A DNA stretch of 64,000 nucleotides, taken from assembly GCA_039621445.1 (NCBI GenBank), contig CP154954.1, forward strand, positions 47,347,847-47,411,846, given 5' to 3'. How positions within the stretch are numbered: position 1 is the stretch's first letter; the number at the start of each line of letters is the position of its first letter. Below, one piece after another: positions 1 through 10,893 of the stretch. The stretch is from Euglena gracilis (lineage: Eukaryota). The position numbers were made by a program, and so were the translations under genes. Below the pieces are notes generated by a model, which saw nothing but the letters and a program-made list of their open reading frames with translations, made no database searches and was not told the DNA's origin.

Positions 1-1393
1 CCAGTCATAAGCGTTGGAAACCCAGCATTGCAGCATGTGATGAGAAATTTGATTGCACCCAAATTTTCAGGGAAATCACAGGATTGGCAGCAATTTTCAG
101 AGGATTGGGAAGCATTTTTACGGAAACTGACTTCTGGAGGGGGGGAGGTCAGTGATGATTTGAAAGTTGCTCTGTTGGAGGATTGTCTTGACGAAACGAG
201 CAAAAAAATTCTGAAGCTCCATCTCAAGGAAGGGGGGATCAATTTTAATGCCGGGTGGGGTCACCTGGAAATGACATTTTCGCAGAATCAGGAATCTGGG
301 GCAAGGCAAAATTGGCAGCAGGTGAGCCTTTTTAATATGGGCAAAGTAGCCCTTGAGCACTGGCTTGAATTTCAGGCAAATTTCAAGATGGCCAAGTGCA
401 AGGTTAAGGATGCCGGGGAGGGGGAAGCAAAACGGCTTTTGTTGCAGAAACTTCCCTCATTCATCCTAAAATGGGTTTTAGATGAGGAGGAAAGGAGGCT
501 GAATAATCAGCCAACTTTACGCCTAAAGGTGCCAGGGAATAGGAATTCAGAAATGGTTTCGGAAAGCTTGGGGAGAATACTTGGGAAAAGACCCACAAAA
601 GTGTCGGAAATTCACGAGGAGGAATTTGAAATCATTTTCCCTGACATTTCTACCTATGAAAAAGTCAAAAGTTTTCATGGCAAAGAGTTTGACGATTCAA
701 ACGTTTTGTTTCAGGTTCAGGAAATTGAACCGATTTTGACCACCGAGGACATTTTCAACCTCGTGAAAACAAAATTGGCACTCAGAAACAAACATGACGC
801 CTTACAAAGTTCTGTTTCATCCCCAGGCTATCAAGGGGTTTAGGCGTTCAAGGTCGGTGGGTGCTGAAAATCGAGGGGGGAGGCAATCGGGGAGTCGGAA
901 GAGTTCACCTGGGTCAACCCCAGGTAGGGCAACGACACCTCCCCCAGCCAGAAGCAAATCACAAATCAGCGAAACAGCAAAACCTGATCAATATGTTGCG
1001 GTTTCATCTTCAAATGTGCAGCCATCAAGCAATTCTTTAAGGCTTTCAAGGGTGGCGAACCCACCCAATGTGCAAAGACCGGTGGTGTGGGGGGCACAAT
1101 GGAACCCACCCCCCTCACAACCAACAATGCCGTATGTTGCTAGACAAGCCCCGTGGAACAGAAACAATTTTCAGCCGTATGGCAAGGGCAGCCAATGGAA
1201 AGGTGGGAATAATTCCCAGGGACATGGGGCAAATAACTCCCAATGGTATGGGGGTAACCAACAGGGATACAAGGGGAAGGGTGGTAAGGGAAGGGGGAGA
1301 GGCAAAGGATTTGACCAGAATTTCGGTGCCAAAGGGGGGAAGGGCAATAACAATAACCCAACGCCAACGCTGGCCCACCCTATTCGTCATTAG
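1..1393 (+). CDS. gag: gag-like protein (frameshift near 840; Gly/Lys/Asn-rich basic C-terminus)
   Basis: 'PKFSGKSQDWQQFSEDWEAF' gag-like N-terminal motif and position upstream of pol. ORF 794-1393 gives a GKG/RG-rich nucleocapsid-like tail. Confidence 0.7.
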
Positions 1394-1812
1394 GGACGCC
1401 GGGGTCATGTTTTTGAGGGGTTTACATCCTCGGGCATCGAAAACCCCCAAAGTATTTTGCATAACCCAACCACATCTTCACATGGAGAATATTACCGTGG
1501 TGGAGAATGTGTATCTTTGTCTTCCAATCCCTTCACCTCAGGTTCAAAATCAGGCAATGAAGAGTGTGCAATATCGAAGACGAGCAATGGTGCCAATTCA
1601 ATGATTTCAATGAATTCATCCTCGACAACCAACTCGAGAAGACAAGTGGCCTTGAGCCTTGAGGCCTTGAGTGGCCAATGGCAGCCCGTGTCGAGGAAGG
1701 GCAAACCGTGGACCAGGTGTGCAAGCCAGGAGAGTGCACGGCCCAGGTTCAACAATTATTATGGTTGTTTGAGCAAAAGACCATCCATCAAAGGTGTGGG
1801 AAGTTGGAAAGT

Positions 1813-2420
1813 TCCCAAGGCGTTGGATTTGTTTTCGGGAAAAGGGTCTGTTGGGAGGTGTTTGGGGGAAAACGGGTACCAGGTGGTATCCTTGGATGTG
1901 AACCCAAAATTTCACCCAACCCACGTTACGGATATTCTGGAGTGGAATTATCGAAAATACCCCCGTGGATATTTTCAAGTCATAACGGCAAGTGTGCCTT
2001 GCACGGAGTATAGCCGTGCTAAGACGGTGGGAGAAAGAAATTTGGAATGGGCAGACCAACTTGTGACAAAAACTTTGGAAATTGTGGAGTATTTTCAGCC
2101 CAAATTGTGGTGGATTGAAAACCCCCGAACGGGACTTTTGCCAAAAAGGCATTGTGTTCAAAATTTGAATTTCATTGATGTGGATTATTGTCAATTTTCA
2201 GACTGGGGATATCAAAAACCCACTCGTATTTGGGGGAGTCAAAATTTGTTGAGTTTGAAGGACAAACTTTGTGATGGGAAAACCTGCCCCCATTTGATTG
2301 TGAGTGAGGGGGGTGGGTTGGTTCACAAAGAACAATTGGGAGGAAACGGAATGAGGGTGAGCACTCAACAAAAATGGAGAGTACCTGAGAAGTTGGTCGA
2401 GTACCTTCTTTCGGCCCTTG
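1813..2420 (+). CDS. C5-cytosine DNA methyltransferase domain (within ORF 1457-2764)
   Basis: Motif I 'ALDLFSGKG' (1820), motif IV 'ASVPCTEYS' with catalytic PC (1997-2002), motif VI 'WIENP' (2117), then 'DYCQF..YQKPTRIW' and C-terminal 'WRVPEKLV'. The reading frame is uninterrupted. Confidence 0.9.
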
Positions 2421-2449
2421 ATTTTAAGGAGGAGAAATTTTCCTTCAAA

Positions 2450-2820
2450 CGTGAGGACTATGCCGTTCGAAATTCATTTGTGCAAATGATTGAGGAGAAT
2501 TTTCAAAGGAGGGCCGAGGTGGATTGTTTTGCCTCTACCCAAAATTCTCAGTGCACGTCATATTTGACCGAGAAGGAAAATGCTTTGGCGGTACCATGGG
2601 GAGGGGGAGGCACGGTTTGGTTGAACCCTCCCTGGTCATTGTGGCCAAAGGTGGCACAAAAGGACCCTTTGCATTTTACCCGATTGGAACAGAGGTTGGG
2701 TGAGAGAACTTGTTCGGAAGGCAACAAAAAAGTTGTATTTTCCACCCGGAACCAAGCTTTTTGAGGTCGATGGGAAACCAATGGGGGGTGTGAGGTGGGG
2801 AGTTTGGGCCTTGTTGATAG
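2450..2820 (+). CDS. N6-adenine (Dam/DIRS-type) DNA methyltransferase domain, frameshift or deletion near 2662
   Basis: 'EVDCFAS..NSQC' SAM-binding motif (2516), 'ENALAVPW' and catalytic 'WLNPPW' (NPPW 2624-2635). It continues in another frame as 'LCILPDWNRGWVREL', matching the C-terminal motif of DIRS MTases. Confidence 0.82.
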
Positions 2821-2939
2821 AGGGTAATAAGCCCCCCGCCAACACTAGCAACCCCAAGAAACCAAAGGTGGTACATTTGAAATCACGGATAGTTAAAAAG
2901 AGATACCCACCCACAGGGATTGAGAAATTTTCTAAGGAC

Positions 2940-3340
2940 CGACAACTTTTGATTCGGACAAGGGTTGTTTTGGGGAACGGGGAGGAACGAAATATGGATA
3001 TTTTGTTGGACACCGGTGCCGAAGCTAACCTCATAAGGCAAGGTTTAGTGAGTGACCACCTAATGTATTCGGCCGAACACCCCTTAAGGTTTGAAACTGC
3101 TGATGGTCAAGCCTTGAGTGGTGGGGGAAGGTGCACTAATGTGGTTATGAAATTGCAAGGGGAGGTGAACGATAATACCCCACCCACAGATTTTGAGTAC
3201 GATGTGGAATTTTATGAAGCCAATATCAAAGTGGACACAATTTTGTCATACCCATGGCTTGTGCAAACAAAAATTGGAATTTTTCCACATCATCGTGCTT
3301 TGGTAGTGGAGGAACCCGAATTGACATTTTTGTTCGGTGT
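2940..3340 (+). CDS. retropepsin aspartic protease
   Basis: 'ILLDTGAEANLI' (DTG at 3009), 'ETADG' and 'DTILSYPWL'. Confidence 0.9.
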
Positions 3341-3399
3341 GAGAGATCACAGGAGAAAACGGCAAGGAAAGCCCTTGCACCCTTCCCCAAGGGGGGGAG

Positions 3400-6300
3400 G
3401 TGACAAATTTGGAAAAGTTTGGCTTTCACCTTCCGATGGAGGGTTTTGATCAAAGGGGACAAACCTTGGACGAGCACTCACTCAAAATTTTGGGCAAGAA
3501 TTTGGAAATGGCAAATGAAAACCCCCTACCTATTCGCAAAATGATCATTGCAAGGGAGGGGGAGGGGAATAATGAAACGGAATCCGAAGAGGAAGAGAGA
3601 ATAAGGAAGCTAAGAGAGGAAATTTTTGGAAGGTATGATGGAACCGTATTTCGGTCTAAGGTACAACCCGACCCACCCGTAAGAGGACCATATGGTTATG
3701 CATTCATACCTTTGCAAGAAGGAGCGCGGCCTACCCGACAAAAACCATTTTTCATGCACGGGGAACGAAAAGAAGCTTTGGAAAAAATCACTCAAGATTG
3801 GATCGATATGAAATTCATCGAACCAGCCACAACAAAAAATTCAGAATGGCTCTCACAAACTTTCCCCGTGCCCAAAAAGTCAGCCGATTTTCCTTGGAGG
3901 GGGGTTGTTGACATGAGGGGGCCCAACAGCCAATCCCGTAGATGCAACTACCCTCTTCCGAAAATCGAAGACATCCTGGTGAAGCATGGCGCAAACCAAA
4001 TGTTCTCCATTTTGGACTTAAAACAAGCCTTTCACCAACAGCCGCTTCACCCGGATAGTGGGCCTATAACTTGCTCCTTCACACCAAAGGGTCTTTACCA
4101 ATGGAGGGTGAATGTAATGGGGTTAACTAACGCCTCACAACAATTTCAACAAATGATGGATGACCGTTTAGCACCCGTAAGGGATATTGCTACCCCATAC
4201 ATTGATGACATTTTGGTAGGGACCACCGTCGGGGAGGGGGAGGATCTCCTCGAGGCACACAAAAGGGATTTGTGCAGGGTGTTGGATTTACTCGCCGAGG
4301 AAATTTTTGTAGTGGACCCAAAAAAAGCGGAATTATTCATCAAAGAAGTGGAATTTTGTGGCCAGATTTTGGGGCATGGCATGCGTCGGCCGGCCCCCGG
4401 CAAATTACGTGCCATTGAGAAATGGGAGGTTCCTACAACCATAACGGCCTTAAGGGCTTTCCTCGGTTTCACAAATTATTACAACACCTACATACACATG
4501 TATGCCCAAGTTGCGGCACCTTTGCAAGATAAGTTGAAGGTATCTCGGGAGGAAGGTAAGAAAGGGAGCAAAAAATGGGTTGAATTCGGGGAGGTTGAAC
4601 ACAAAGCATTTGAGGAGTTAAAGAAACGGTTGTGTTCCGGATTAATTCTTCAAAGGGTAGACCCCGATAAACCATTTGCTTTGAGAGTTGATGCGAGTGG
4701 GTATGCCGTAGGAGCAACTTTAGAACAGCTCAAAGAAGGAAACGGTACGCCCACACCCCAAGATATTTTGGACAAGAAAACGGTGCCCGTTGCTTTTATG
4801 TCCCGAAAACTCACCGAGGGGCAAAGAAAATGGACCCCCCGGGAATTGGAGACATATGCCATAATTTTGGCACTCCAAAAATGGGAAAGTTGGATTGGTC
4901 TCCAACCCATTTTGGTGTTGACCGATCACCAAAGTTTGGAGGCATGGGCAAAAGAAGTGCTCGACACCCCAAGTGGACCGGTGGGGAGGAGGGCACGATG
5001 GCACCAAATTTTCTCAAAATACGATTTGACAGTGGGGTACATTCCGGGAAAGGAAAACACCATTGCCGACATTTTAAGTCGGTGGGCGTACCCCGCTTCA
5101 CAAGCTCTAAGGGACATTAGTAAACATGGTTCGGCCGAGGATAAAAGGGAAATGGAAGAGCTAATAAGAGAGGAGAGGGAAGATGAGAAAAATTGTTTGT
5201 TGGTCAAAGTCAAAAATCAGCCTAACGCTCGTAACATGTGGATAAGGGGGGTGGTAACCCGCAGTGGAAAAGAGGTGGCACCCAATTTTGTGGATGATGC
5301 ATCAGGGAGGGGTACCGAGAGTGTAGAGAGTCCGGGAGGAAAAAACACCACCGAAGACGCTCACTCACAAGGGCCTAGGAATTCTAGTTCGAAAAAGGGT
5401 AAGAGGAGAGTTACCTTTTGGGATGGAATGGACCCTGCGGGAAATTTAGTGACTAGCCCAAAACTTCCGACTAATGAGTTACCAAGGGGGGGGACGGGAG
5501 AAGGTGTGGCCACACCAACTCCAAGTGCAACCCCCAAGCTAACAAAATCAGTTTGGGAGAGAGATTGGGTAGTTGCGTATACCGAATGCCCCATTTGGAA
5601 GGAAATTTGGCAAGCAACGCAAGAAAATGGTGAGTGGCCAAAGGGGGTGAAAGTCCGCAAAAACCAAATGTTTCGGGAAGAGAAGTTGTGTGTTCCACTG
5701 GGTTTTCAAGAAATGATCATCCTTGAAAACCACAAATTTCTTGGACATGTAGGTTCGGAAAAGGTGTGGAGACACGTCAATTTGAGGTATGCATGGGCTG
5801 ATGAAAAGAAGGCAAAAGTTTTCACCGACAGTTGTAGCAAAAATTGCACAACGTGTCAAGCTAGCTCGCGGGGGGAGACATTGAAAGGACCCATTGATTC
5901 AACACCCATACCACCCGCACCCATGATAAGTGTGGCAATTGATCTTTTCAAAATGCCAAAGGTGTTGTATGAAGGGGGGGAATACAACACAATGGCTGTT
6001 TGTGTGGACCGACATTCCGGTTGGATTGTAGCCATACCATGTTTTGATAAGGGATTAACGGGTGCAAAGTTGGCCAAGGAAATGCTTAAGTCCCAATGGA
6101 AACCTTTTGGAGTACCCTCAATAATTTCAAGTGACCAAGGGAGCCATTTTGTCAACACATGGTGGCAAACCATGTGTTCACTCATGGGGATTAGACAAGC
6201 ATTTTCCCAAGCTTACCACCACCAAGCGAATGGGAGGGTGGAAAGAGCCGGTCAACAAATTATGGAAGTCCTCCGAAAATTGTTTGTGGAGGGAAAAAAG

Positions 6301-7029
6301 AATTGGGTGGAAGCTCTTCCCCAAGTTTTGGATCGTATTCATGACACCAAGGGGGAGAGTGGTTTTAGTCCTTACGAAATTTTGTTCGGAAGGGATAGAC
6401 CCATTGGGGGGATACCTTATGAACCAACAAAGGAGTGTGAGGACGCTCAAAGTTTTTTTCGCCGAATGAGGGAGATGGATGAGAAAGTTGCAAAAGTTCT
6501 CAACCGCACGCATTGGGTTCAAGCGAGTTGGGTCAACCAAGGGAGGAGGGAGTTGGTGCCCTTAAAATTAGGAACCCAAGTGTGGTATAGGAGACCCGAA
6601 GGATCCGGGGAAAAATTGGATTCCAGATGGATTGGACCTGGGATTATCAAAGCCCGGGAGGGGGAGAGGAGTTACCTTATTGAAATTAAGCCCGGGATGG
6701 AAATTAAGACTCACCGTAGTTTCCTTAAGGAGTACAAAGAGCCTGAAGTTTTTGGTGAGGGGGTTCCTTTGTTCTTTTTCAAAAGAACCGAAAAAGAGGA
6801 AGAAGCAATGCCTGATGAGTGGGAGGTAGAAAAAATTCTGAATCATCGCAAGAGGGGGGGAACCTGGGAGTTCCTCACAAAATGGGTTGGATATAATGAT
6901 GGGGAGGAAACTTGGGAGCCAGTGGGGAATTTTATACACCGGTTTAGTGAGGAGTTGGTAAGGTATTGCTCGAAGAAAAATCTAGGGGTCTATTTGATGT
7001 CGGAATTGAAAAAATCTTTGAAACCCTAG
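3400..7029 (+). CDS. pol: pol: reverse transcriptase, RNase H, integrase, chromodomain
   Basis: RT 'LDLKQAFHQ' and 'YIDD' (4198-4209). RNase H 'DASGYAVGA', 'RELE', 'TDHQSL', 'ADILSR'. Integrase HHCC (H...GH...CTTC), 'IDLF', 'SDQG', 'NGRVER' and GPY/F-like 'RWIGPG'. Chromodomain 'EWEVEKILNHRKRGGTWEFLTKWVGY...TWEP'. Confidence 0.97.
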   Translation: MTNLEKFGFHLPMEGFDQRGQTLDEHSLKILGKNLEMANENPLPIRKMIIAREGEGNNETESEEEERIRKLREEIFGRYDGTVFRSKVQPDPPVRGPYGYAFIPLQEGARPTRQKPFFMHGERKEALEKITQDWIDMKFIEPATTKNSEWLSQTFPVPKKSADFPWRGVVDMRGPNSQSRRCNYPLPKIEDILVKHGANQMFSILDLKQAFHQQPLHPDSGPITCSFTPKGLYQWRVNVMGLTNASQQFQQMMDDRLAPVRDIATPYIDDILVGTTVGEGEDLLEAHKRDLCRVLDLLAEEIFVVDPKKAELFIKEVEFCGQILGHGMRRPAPGKLRAIEKWEVPTTITALRAFLGFTNYYNTYIHMYAQVAAPLQDKLKVSREEGKKGSKKWVEFGEVEHKAFEELKKRLCSGLILQRVDPDKPFALRVDASGYAVGATLEQLKEGNGTPTPQDILDKKTVPVAFMSRKLTEGQRKWTPRELETYAIILALQKWESWIGLQPILVLTDHQSLEAWAKEVLDTPSGPVGRRARWHQIFSKYDLTVGYIPGKENTIADILSRWAYPASQALRDISKHGSAEDKREMEELIREEREDEKNCLLVKVKNQPNARNMWIRGVVTRSGKEVAPNFVDDASGRGTESVESPGGKNTTEDAHSQGPRNSSSKKGKRRVTFWDGMDPAGNLVTSPKLPTNELPRGGTGEGVATPTPSATPKLTKSVWERDWVVAYTECPIWKEIWQATQENGEWPKGVKVRKNQMFREEKLCVPLGFQEMIILENHKFLGHVGSEKVWRHVNLRYAWADEKKAKVFTDSCSKNCTTCQASSRGETLKGPIDSTPIPPAPMISVAIDLFKMPKVLYEGGEYNTMAVCVDRHSGWIVAIPCFDKGLTGAKLAKEMLKSQWKPFGVPSIISSDQGSHFVNTWWQTMCSLMGIRQAFSQAYHHQANGRVERAGQQIMEVLRKLFVEGKKNWVEALPQVLDRIHDTKGESGFSPYEILFGRDRPIGGIPYEPTKECEDAQSFFRRMREMDEKVAKVLNRTHWVQASWVNQGRRELVPLKLGTQVWYRRPEGSGEKLDSRWIGPGIIKAREGERSYLIEIKPGMEIKTHRSFLKEYKEPEVFGEGVPLFFFKRTEKEEEAMPDEWEVEKILNHRKRGGTWEFLTKWVGYNDGEETWEPVGNFIHRFSEELVRYCSKKNLGVYLMSELKKSLKP

Positions 7030-7374
7030 TGATCCGAAAGTTGAAGGCTCGGTTCTTTTTCCTTTGTTTTTGGATGGGGGAGCCCAAATGTTTGAGGCTC
7101 TTGTTTTGAATCGGGCCAAGTGCTGTTTCGGCGAGTTATTTGTGTGCTACGTATGCATTGCTTGTGCATCACACGTTTTGTTTGTGAATACACGATTCTC
7201 ATATGTTTTGATTTCTCGAGCATATGATGAATTCTCTCTCTTTCTCTCTCTCTTTCCCTGCATATTTTGTGCTTGCTCTACTCTTTCGCTTTGCTCTCAC
7301 AGGTTTTGAGGACTTGGAGGCTCCAAGCACACCCAAGGGAGCCCCAAGGGAAAAGTGCGAGCACACCACCGCAA

Positions 7375-7462
7375 GGAGGCGACGCAAGCAAGGAGGCGAG
7401 GCAAGGAGCGAGGAGACGAAGCAAGGAGCGAGGAGACGAGGCAAGGAGCGAGGAGACGAGGA
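7375..7462 (+). repeat. 20-bp tandem repeat (GAGGCAAGGAGCGAGGAGAC-like, about 4 copies) in the region downstream of pol
   Basis: Directly visible tandem units. Confidence 0.8.
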
Positions 7463-7892
7463 GATTTTACCCAACCAACCGAATACACCACTACCCAATT
7501 TGTCCATAGCCCAGCCCCGTTGGGGCTTTCCTCTTTATAAACGGCCCCATCACACGCTACCCGAGCCCCGAGCCCCGCTGCCTATATTCCTCACCCCAAC
7601 CTCACCTCACCTTCCCATACCGTGAATGGAAAGGAGGACCGAAGGATTTGTATTTTTTTCAATGTTGAGCCATAGCCCCTGTAGGAGAGCGGCCCAAAGT
7701 GTATGGAGTTTTGATGATTTGTGTGGATTCCGAGTCATTGGTGAATGTTGCAAGGGGGAAGAAGCCTCACCTTCTCCGTGGGAGCGGGGGGGGGGGCTGA
7801 ATTTTCTCCGATTTTTGGGTGAGCTCCCTCCAAACGTGTTTCGGTCGAGGGGGGGGGGGGGACCCATTCCCATTCCCATGTCCAAAGGGTGG

Positions 7893-8440
7893 TGTTATGG
7901 AGACCGCCTGATTTTTCAGTTGATGTATGATCCACCGCGCGACGACCCTGTGAATTGTTATTTTTTTTGAATTTCACCGGATTTCATTCATGAAGGGTTG
8001 GTTGCATTTCGGATGTCCGCAAGGAGTGCGTCATGCAAGAGAACGCCTGACAATCCAAGAACCCGATTTTTTTGGTATGCCATGAGAAAGGGAGACACAA
8101 GCGCCCGGGGGGGGGGGGGTGCTGTCCGAACTCTCCCCAAAGCGGCCAAACCGAACGTTCGGGGGGGGACTTTCCCTCCAAAATTATCCCTCCGGGGTGC
8201 AAAAAGTCAGAACTCTCCCCACGATAGGTTTTCGATGGGGGGGGGGGGCGCTAGCCAAATTTTCGTTTAATTTTGAAGGAATTTCACAGAGTTTGTGGCA
8301 ATTTTTTCTCTTGGCACCTTTTTTATGCCCCCAGCCTGTGGGGGGGGGGGGCATGGATTTTTTTGGGGGGAGACGTTTTCGCACATTTCTGTGGAGCCGC
8401 TAAGTGGTGCCGTGTACCTTGTTTTTGTGGCAAGGTAACA
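7893..8440 (+). repeat. candidate 3' LTR
   Basis: Begins TGTTA after purine-rich AAAGGGTGG and ends TAACA (5-bp inverted termini). An alternative TAACA lies at 8731. It cannot be confirmed without the 5' LTR. Confidence 0.3.
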
Positions 8441-9179
8441 CAAGCGAGGGGCATAGGCGTTTCATCATTCCCTTTCTCAAAACATTAGTGAAGGATTCTC
8501 ATTTTCTTTCGGGTTTCATTCTGATTTTTGGATTTCTTCGCTTTTTTTTGTTCAATTTTTTCATTTTTTTTTGAGGGTCCGACTAATGTCGCAAGGGAGG
8601 GGGTGTCGACTGTCGGGGGCGTCCGACAGTCAAAAATGGTAAGGCGGAAGCTTTTGAAAACACGGAATTTTCATTCCGCGCAAGGACGCACATTCAATAG
8701 GAAAAGCCTAATTTGAGGTTCTAATTTAACACAATTTGCTTCCGCAGACCTTTGTGGGTTTTTTTCCCTTTGGCTGTCAATCAAATATTGAATTGGAGAA
8801 TTGAATTCAAGACAAGGTGCATTGTTTGGAAGAATTGTCAATTTCAGGTCCTTCTTCCCACTTTCACGGTGTGTGCGTGTTTCTGTTGCCTTTTACCACC
8901 ATCCATTGCACCAAAACACCCACCCTGACCATTTCCAGTGTTTTTGCATACTTAAGAAGGGTGGGTGAAATGGCTTCGTGGGGACTGAAATTTGGGATTA
9001 CATTTTTAAAGGAACGGAATTTTGACTTTGTGCAAGTTTTCAGGGAAAAAGCAAATTCGATCCTACGCACACCCCTCTGGTCGGGGGGTACACCAGTGGG
9101 CGAAACGGGGGGTGGCCTGAGCCCTCCACCACCCGGAAAAACACTGGCCCCGGGCCAGGGAACGGCAGCCCCAGGGGTG

Positions 9180-10893
9180 GGTGTCGGGGACGAGGCAGCC
9201 GGCTGGGGGGCTGGGGTCTCGGGTCCGACGCTCGCAGGGGGGGCGCCGGGTGTGAACAGGGGACACAGTGTGCCTAACAGTGGACAACAAGGTTTCCTAC
9301 TACTATCCCCTCAAGGGGGGGAGACTTCCCCACCTGAACAAACTCATCAGACCTTTTCTGATGTGGTGTATGGAAATGGACATCACCCTCCAAGTTCACT
9401 GGGCTCCCTCCCAAACCATGAAAAGCGATGCCATCAGCAGATGGCACTTCGACCCAGGGGACTACAATTTAAACCCTTTCATTTTCAAAAAAGTCATGCA
9501 CATTTTTCAGCAATTCATAAATCCCACTGTGGACATGTTTGCATGACCAGGGAATCACAAACTCCCTCAGTTTGTGAGTCGATGGCCCCATTTTCAGGCA
9601 GTGCCACAGACAGTTTGAACTGCCCTCTGCACAAGTTCTCGGAAGTTTATGCAAACCCTCCCTGGTCCGTGCTGAGACAGTGGCTCCTGAGCACAGACAT
9701 CTAAGATGCCTTCTGATTTGCCCCCTGTGGGTTTCAGCTGTGTGGTGGCCCCTGTTAATAAAGCTACACATTCCACACACACCAGCCCTGAGATTTCTGT
9801 CTTGCCACCACATGTTCGAGAATTGTCATGGGCAGCCCATGAAAAAGCCAAGGTGGCACCTGGCCTGAATTTTATTGTCGGGCAGTTGTTACAGAAGCAA
9901 CAGATCCCCCCCTCAGTGGTTGGCAATTTCTTAAGTCACAATCTTTCCTTGGCGAGATATGACTCTGGCTTCAGGCTCCTGTGGAGAGTTTTGACCATGT
10001 CCCAGCTGGACCTCAACACCATAAGCCCAGAATTAGTCGATTCCGGCATCATAAAGAATTTTCACCTTCAGTGTGGCCCAGGCCAGGAATGCTTATATTG
10101 CTGCGGTCCAGCTTCCTGGTTTTCGCATGTTAAGGTTTTTTACCCCTTTTGGCCCCCTACAAACGACAATGGAACGAACACATCCACCCCCAGGTGGCCT
10201 TCTTTTTGGAATCCTGCATCATTACTTCAGAGGTTGGCGGCAGCACCTCCCCAAGAGTGCCTCAGTGGCCTGAGGGATCAGTCATTTTAAGTTTCAGACT
10301 CATCTGTTTGCATCGCTCAGTGGACTTGAGCCGAACCTTCAGGACAGTGTCCAAGGTTGATGGCAAGATCTTTGTCCAGGTCAGAAGAAAGGGTTGGAGA
10401 CAGACTCAGTGGGAGGAAATTCCCCAAATTTCTTCATGTCCCAAAATTTTCCCCTGGTTCAACATGAAGAAATATGTCAGTTTGACGTCTCACTGTGCCC
10501 CCCCCCCGTGGGACATTTATTATTAATTTTAAAACCTCCATTTACCCCCTTGTCTGCAAAAACCATTGGGAGTTTGACAAAACGATTGTTGGACAAGCAC
10601 GGGGTACCCCCCCAATGGGCCCGCCCCCCACTCCACCAGGGGGGGCAGGAGAGTACATGTTTAAACTGGCAGGTTTGTCCTCTGAGGAAGTGTGCCAAAT
10701 TGGAAAATGGAAAAATGTGCAGGCTTTTTCTTCCCATTATTTGCGGTTGGAAGCGGGAAAAAATGTGGGGGTTGCTGTCCAAAGAATGGTGCACAAAGCC
10801 TCACTGGGGTCTTTTGCAGAGCTGGAGCTGTCTCGGACTCCGGTGAAGGATGATCCAGGGGAAAACTCCCATTGCCAGGCGGCGCAAGTTTAA
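9180..10893 (+). pseudogene. degenerate DIRS-type tyrosine-recombinase retrotransposon: RNase H, adenine methyltransferase, YR
   Basis: RNase H 'DEAAGWGA...TVDNKVSYYY...GG...HW...DAISR'. MTase 'PTVDMFA', 'YANPPW' (9654) and 'LLICPLWVSAVWWPLL'. YR 'CLHRSVDL', 'HSTRG' (10629) and 'IGKWKNVQAFSSHYLR'. Many frameshifts. Confidence 0.88.

Larger units (their letters stand above)
1..8440 (+). mobile_element. Ty3/Gypsy LTR retrotransposon with integrase chromodomain, carrying two DNA methyltransferase domains; 5' end outside window
   Basis: Domain order gag, MTases, protease, RT, RNase H, integrase, chromodomain. Frameshifts or stops at about 840, 1393, 2662 and 3395. The right boundary depends on the tentative LTR call. 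Confidence 0.93.

Noticed and set aside
7224-7625. ORF downstream of pol as env or an extra gene
   Set aside because: It is largely made of a 20-bp tandem repeat and has no recognisable domain.
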